The translations under genes and the position numbers were made by a program. The notes below the pieces were generated by a model. It was given only the letters and a program-made list of their open reading frames with translations. It had not been told where the DNA came from and did no database searches. A stretch of DNA of 64,000 nucleotides from Candidatus Dojkabacteria bacterium (lineage in GTDB: Bacteria > Patescibacteriota > Dojkabacteria > SC72): assembly GCA_050950145.1 (NCBI GenBank), contig JBMNHB010000001.1, forward strand, positions 556,820 through 620,819. Reading direction: 5' to 3'. Below, one piece after another: positions 59,926 through 64,000 of this stretch. The number at the start of each line of letters is the position of its first letter. Position 1 is the stretch's first letter.

Positions 59926-60414
59926 CTGTTTTCTCAAAACAATTTCCTTAAGACCTTCTCTATCCACAACAAAAAGCCTTGTTATTGTTTTCTTTTTATT
60001 TCTTACATTATACAAACTTAATTGCTTTGCAACCTTTTCACTTAACAGTGCATTTCCATAATCTAAAATATAATTTTGTTTATCTGATTCCCTGCCCTTT
60101 TTTATAAGTCTCTTAGCATTGCAATACTTTTTCTTCTGAGGTTTCTTCAACTCCCACTCCTTATCTCTCCATATAAAGTCATTTGTAGGCAAGTATCCAA
60201 CACCATCTTTTGCTGTTTTATCCCTAACAATCCACTTAATTCTATGTCCAAGCTTTGTAAATTTTCTCACAAATTCTCTTTCATGAGGTTTAATAATATC
60301 ATCATCATTAAACTGTTTAACTGTTAATCCAATCCTCTTATACAAAGGAATTTCTACTACCTTTCTACTTTGCTTTTCTATTAATTCTGATGAATGGAAA
60401 CCCTTACCCATCAT
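59899..60414 (-). CDS. Stand-alone CdiA C-terminal tRNase-like PD-(D/E)xK nuclease
   Basis: HE....L...G..I.W, TNDFIW....WELKKP, IKKG..Q.NYILD pattern; start likely the ATG 2 bp after the radC stop. Confidence 0.65.
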   Translation of the reverse strand: MMGKGFHSSELIEKQSRKVVEIPLYKRIGLTVKQFNDDDIIKPHEREFVRKFTKLGHRIKWIVRDKTAKDGVGYLPTNDFIWRDKEWELKKPQKKKYCNAKRLIKKGRESDKQNYILDYGNALLSEKVAKQLSLYNVRNKKKTITRLFVVDREGLKEIVLRKQEVRRLPPT

Positions 60415-60416
60415 AC

Positions 60417-61052
60417 CTATATCTCCACCCTTCTCCATTCATTCTTAGCAACCACAATATGATCTAACAATGTAAGTCCTACCAACTCTAATGCACTATT
60501 TATCCTTCTAGTTATCTCAACATCTTCCATACTAGGCCTACTATCCCCAGATGGATGATTATGTGCTAAAACAACACTACTAGCATTAAATTCTAATGCT
60601 GGAATAATGATATCCCTAGGAAGAACATTAACCCCGTCCAATGTACCAATACATATTGTTTTCTTGGATATAACTTCAAATCTAGAATTAAGAAAGAGAG
60701 CTACAACATGCTCTTGTTTTCGCTTACCAATATATTTTAATACAGAGTATGCATCCTCAGAATTCTTGATAAATATCTTCTCTGTATTACCAATATCGTA
60801 CAATCTTCTTCCAAGCTCAATACCACACAATATCTTCATACCCGTAACCTCTCCAATACCTTCAATATCCCTTATACTATCTAAAGTAATAATCTTCTTA
60901 GCTTCTAAAACAGAACGCATTTTACTTAACAAACTTCTTGATACAGACATAAAGTTCTTACCCTTAATACCCCTACCTATTATTATGGCTAATAACTCCA
61001 TATCAGAAAGTGAATCTATACCTCTCTCTTTGTATTTCTCTCTAGGAAGCAT
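60417..61052 (-). CDS. radC: RadC/JAB domain protein
   Basis: PREK..LSD.ELLAII, HhH, HNHPSGDSRPS.ED, LLDHI. Confidence 0.93.
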   Translation of the reverse strand: MLPREKYKERGIDSLSDMELLAIIIGRGIKGKNFMSVSRSLLSKMRSVLEAKKIITLDSIRDIEGIGEVTGMKILCGIELGRRLYDIGNTEKIFIKNSEDAYSVLKYIGKRKQEHVVALFLNSRFEVISKKTICIGTLDGVNVLPRDIIIPALEFNASSVVLAHNHPSGDSRPSMEDVEITRRINSALELVGLTLLDHIVVAKNEWRRVEI

Positions 61053-61196
61053 ACTAGATGATAAAGGAGAAATATTAAATCTAGATTAACTATTTTTCTA
61101 AATATGGATATGCTATAACATAGATGTATCACGATGAGAGGACTACCAAAGGTTAACATTGATTACCGCGGGAATGCCTCTCCTTTTGTTTATTAA

Positions 61197-63371
61197 CTAC
61201 TTACTAGTTTTCTTCTTCCCTTTCTTAGCTCTACCCTTCCTAGCATTCTTAATATATGTACAATCAGGATAATTACTACAACCAATAAATGTTCTTCCCC
61301 ACTTACTCCTTCTTTCAACCAAATTATGATTACACTCAGGACATTTCTCTTTCAAAAGTAATGGTATTGTACCCTTACATTCAGGATAATCCTCACATGC
61401 CCAGAACTTACCATACTTACCACTCTTTAATACAACTCCTTTTCCACATTTGGGACACTTTGTCTGCTCTTCATATTTCTCCAAATCAATCTCTATTCCA
61501 CCTGAGAGATCTTTCATACCTTTACACTCAGGGAATTTAGCACAACTTAAGAATCTACCATACCTACCTACTCTAACAACCATCTCTCCACCACATTTTG
61601 GACACTTCTCATCAGATTTACCAAGAATTACAACATCCTCTTTTTTAACATTTTTATCTGCCTCCCCAATACCATCAACCAACATCTTGTACTCCTTGTC
61701 TATCACTGGAACATACTGCTTCTTACCCAAAGAGATATCATCTAGCTCATCTTCAACACCTGCTGTATATGCATAATCAACCAACCGTGTAAAGTTCTTC
61801 CTCAAAAAATTAGTAACTAGTCTCCCTACATCCAAAGGAACAATTGCTTTGTTCTCTTTCACAACATACCCCCTTGCAAGAATCGTAGAAATGATTGATG
61901 CATAAGTAGAAGGTCTTCCTATACCCAAAGCCTCAAGTTTTTTTATCAATGATGCTTCAGTATATCTTGCTGGTGGTTGAGTATATTTCTGCTCATTCAC
62001 AAACTTAACCTTTTCTAACTCATCCCCCTTCTTTATCTCATACATCTCTTGTAAATCTTCACTCTCACTCTTTACATACAAAACCTTTCTAAAACCATCA
62101 AAGAGAACTCTCTCACCACCCATAACAAATTCATATTCTGGAGATTTCAAGTCCTTTGGAACTAATGACACTGTTAAAACTTCAACCTCCTTACTACTCA
62201 TCTGACTAGAAACAGCTCTCTTCCATATCAACTCATATAACTTACCAGCAGAATCACCCAAATCAGCAGCAACCTTCTTAGAATCAACCCAAAAATCTGT
62301 TGGTCTAATTGCCTCATGAGCCTCCTGTGCATTCTTAGCTTTTGTTTTGTAAAAATTCGGTTTCTCTGGAATATATTCCTTTCCATATCTCTCCTCAACT
62401 AACTTCCTAATTCCATCAACAGCTTTCTTACTCAATGTTGTAGAGTCCGTTCTCATATATGTAATGTAACCTGCCTGGTAAAGCTGTTGTGCTACACTCA
62501 TAGTTCTTTTTGATGTAAAACCAATACCATTGTATGCTGATTGTTGAAGTGTAGAAGTAGTAAATGGAGGATATGCATGTTTACTCAACTGCTTCTTTGT
62601 TACATTTTTTACAACAAATTTACTATCTCCAATCTTCTGTTCAAATTCTTTTACCTCTTTCTCATTCTTAGGAATATATTTCTTTCCATCTTTCTTCTGT
62701 AACTTAGCTTCCAATTCATTCTTTCGCTCATCTTTAACAATTACCTTTACATCCCAATACTCTTCAGATTTAAAAGACTCCCTCTCCTCCTCTTTCTCAA
62801 CAACTAATCGTAAAGCAACAGATTGTACTCTACCAGCAGAGAGACCATACCAAATCTTTTTCCAAAGTAATTCAGAAAGTTTGTATCCTACTAACCTATC
62901 TAACACCCTCCTTGCTTTCTGTGCATCAACTAAATCCATATCTATCTTTGATGGTTTTTTAATAGCCTCCTTAATCACACTATCCGTAATCTCATGGAAT
63001 ACAACTCTCTTAGGATCTTTCAAACCTAAAGAATTGGCTGTATGCCATGCAATTGCCTCTCCCTCTCTATCAGGATCCATTGCTAGATACACATTTCCAC
63101 CTTTTGGAATTGCCTTCTTAAGATCTTTTACTACCTTACCCTTACCGTATATCTGCTCCCAAAGAGGTTCATAGCTATTCTCAACATCAACACCTAGCTT
63201 ACTTTTAGGAAGATCAATGATATGACCTACTGTGGCCATCACCTTGTAGTCACTTCCCAAATATCTATTAATTGTCTTTGCCTTTGAAGGAGACTCAACA
63301 ATCAAAAGATTATTGTAATTCTTTATCCCTACAGTCTTTTTAGTTGTTTTTTTGGTTTTTGTTTTTGCCAT
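61197..63371 (-). CDS. topA: DNA topoisomerase I with three zinc ribbons
   Basis: IVESPSKA, DPDREGE, SAGRVQS, ITYMRTD. Confidence 0.97.
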   Translation of the reverse strand: MAKTKTKKTTKKTVGIKNYNNLLIVESPSKAKTINRYLGSDYKVMATVGHIIDLPKSKLGVDVENSYEPLWEQIYGKGKVVKDLKKAIPKGGNVYLAMDPDREGEAIAWHTANSLGLKDPKRVVFHEITDSVIKEAIKKPSKIDMDLVDAQKARRVLDRLVGYKLSELLWKKIWYGLSAGRVQSVALRLVVEKEEERESFKSEEYWDVKVIVKDERKNELEAKLQKKDGKKYIPKNEKEVKEFEQKIGDSKFVVKNVTKKQLSKHAYPPFTTSTLQQSAYNGIGFTSKRTMSVAQQLYQAGYITYMRTDSTTLSKKAVDGIRKLVEERYGKEYIPEKPNFYKTKAKNAQEAHEAIRPTDFWVDSKKVAADLGDSAGKLYELIWKRAVSSQMSSKEVEVLTVSLVPKDLKSPEYEFVMGGERVLFDGFRKVLYVKSESEDLQEMYEIKKGDELEKVKFVNEQKYTQPPARYTEASLIKKLEALGIGRPSTYASIISTILARGYVVKENKAIVPLDVGRLVTNFLRKNFTRLVDYAYTAGVEDELDDISLGKKQYVPVIDKEYKMLVDGIGEADKNVKKEDVVILGKSDEKCPKCGGEMVVRVGRYGRFLSCAKFPECKGMKDLSGGIEIDLEKYEEQTKCPKCGKGVVLKSGKYGKFWACEDYPECKGTIPLLLKEKCPECNHNLVERRSKWGRTFIGCSNYPDCTYIKNARKGRAKKGKKKTSK

Positions 63372-63406
63372 ATCTTAGGTATTATACCATCTTAAAATTT
63401 CTTAAC

Positions 63407-63484
63407 TAGACCTGGTCTGCAAGAAAATCCTCTCCTGTAAAGTATTTAGAGACGATTTTTAACTAAATTTAATAGTACTATAGG
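63407..63484 (+). repeat. 80-bp element, copy 7 (diverged)
   Basis: tAGACCTGGTCTG at 63407-63419; CTATAGG at 63478 (offset 71). Confidence 0.75.
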
Positions 63485-63492
63485 AGTATAAA

Positions 63493-64000
63493 TTAAGCAA
63501 AATATACCTGCTCTCCTACTAGCCCAACTATCTCCTTCATATCCTCTACACTTGTTAATATATTTGCACCCTGTTTTGCCAAAAGATTGCATCCCCTAGA
63601 AACCTCACTAGTAATATTCCCAGGTACAACATATACCTCTCTGTTGTAATCTAGTGCTAGTTTTGCAGTAGTAAGTGAACCACTTTTTTCTCCTGCTTCA
63701 ATTACAATAATTTCTTTTGATATCCCCGCTAGTATTCTGTTTCTTTGAATGTAAAAATATTTGAGCATTTTTTGATCTCTTGGATATTCAGCTAGTACTA
63801 GTCCTTTTTTAACAATTTTCTTTAACAATTCAATATTACATCTAGGAATTGCTGTATTTATTCCCCCAGGTACAACAGCAATTGTTTGAATATCTCTTTC
63901 CAAACAGATTCTATGCACATATCCATCAACACCTCTAGCTAATCCACTTACAACTACAATATCCAAATCTCTTAAATATTTACCTAGAAACATCTCTATC
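63493..64000 (-). CDS. dprA: DNA processing protein DprA (5' end beyond the window)
   Basis: VVSGLARGVD, RNRILAG, EAGEKSGSL.TA, GCNLL. Confidence 0.95.
   Translation of the reverse strand, partial: IEMFLGKYLRDLDIVVVSGLARGVDGYVHRICLERDIQTIAVVPGGINTAIPRCNIELLKKIVKKGLVLAEYPRDQKMLKYFYIQRNRILAGISKEIIVIEAGEKSGSLTTAKLALDYNREVYVVPGNITSEVSRGCNLLAKQGANILTSVEDMKEIVGLVGEQVYFA

Noticed and set aside
1-64000. Alternative genetic code (UGA recoding)
   Set aside because: Core genes are full-length in code 11, and TGA terminates dut and abiEi at their expected ends

Overview
Low-GC, gene-dense bacterial chromosome segment with most genes on the minus strand and a standard genetic code. Gene content points to a Patescibacteria/CPR organism, most like Dojkabacteria (WS6); this is an inference from the VirB4/TraD-like ATPase, the archaeal-type AMP phosphorylase plus R15P isomerase, the short Mfd, and pyrH being absent between tsf and frr. 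The window holds core genes (dnaB, rpmE-prfA-prmC, rpsF-ssb-rpsR, ychF, dut, cca, rnhC, cysS, dnaX-ybaB-recR, mfd, pth, ybeY, rpsU, rseP, frr, tsf, rpsB, topA, dprA), tRNA-Leu(CAA), tRNA-Ser(TGA), an AbiEi/AbiEii type IV TA module and several Cys-rich surface proteins. Three non-coding signals stand out. (1) A stand-alone CdiA-CT-like (tRNase-type) nuclease gene, with no immunity gene after it, is faced by two tandem, separately promoted, structured antisense RNA units that share a closing stem and a UGWAA(U)AAU loop motif: a candidate RNA-antitoxin system. (2) Seven copies of a ~80-bp bipartite element (13-bp palindrome CAGACCWGGTCTG with a YTATRG end 70-71 nt away) flank accessory genes and always point at a downstream gene start. 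(3) There is a related AGGYCWGRCCT tandem-palindrome family, one copy of which is read in frame inside mfd, plus boxA-like motifs in accessory gene leaders.
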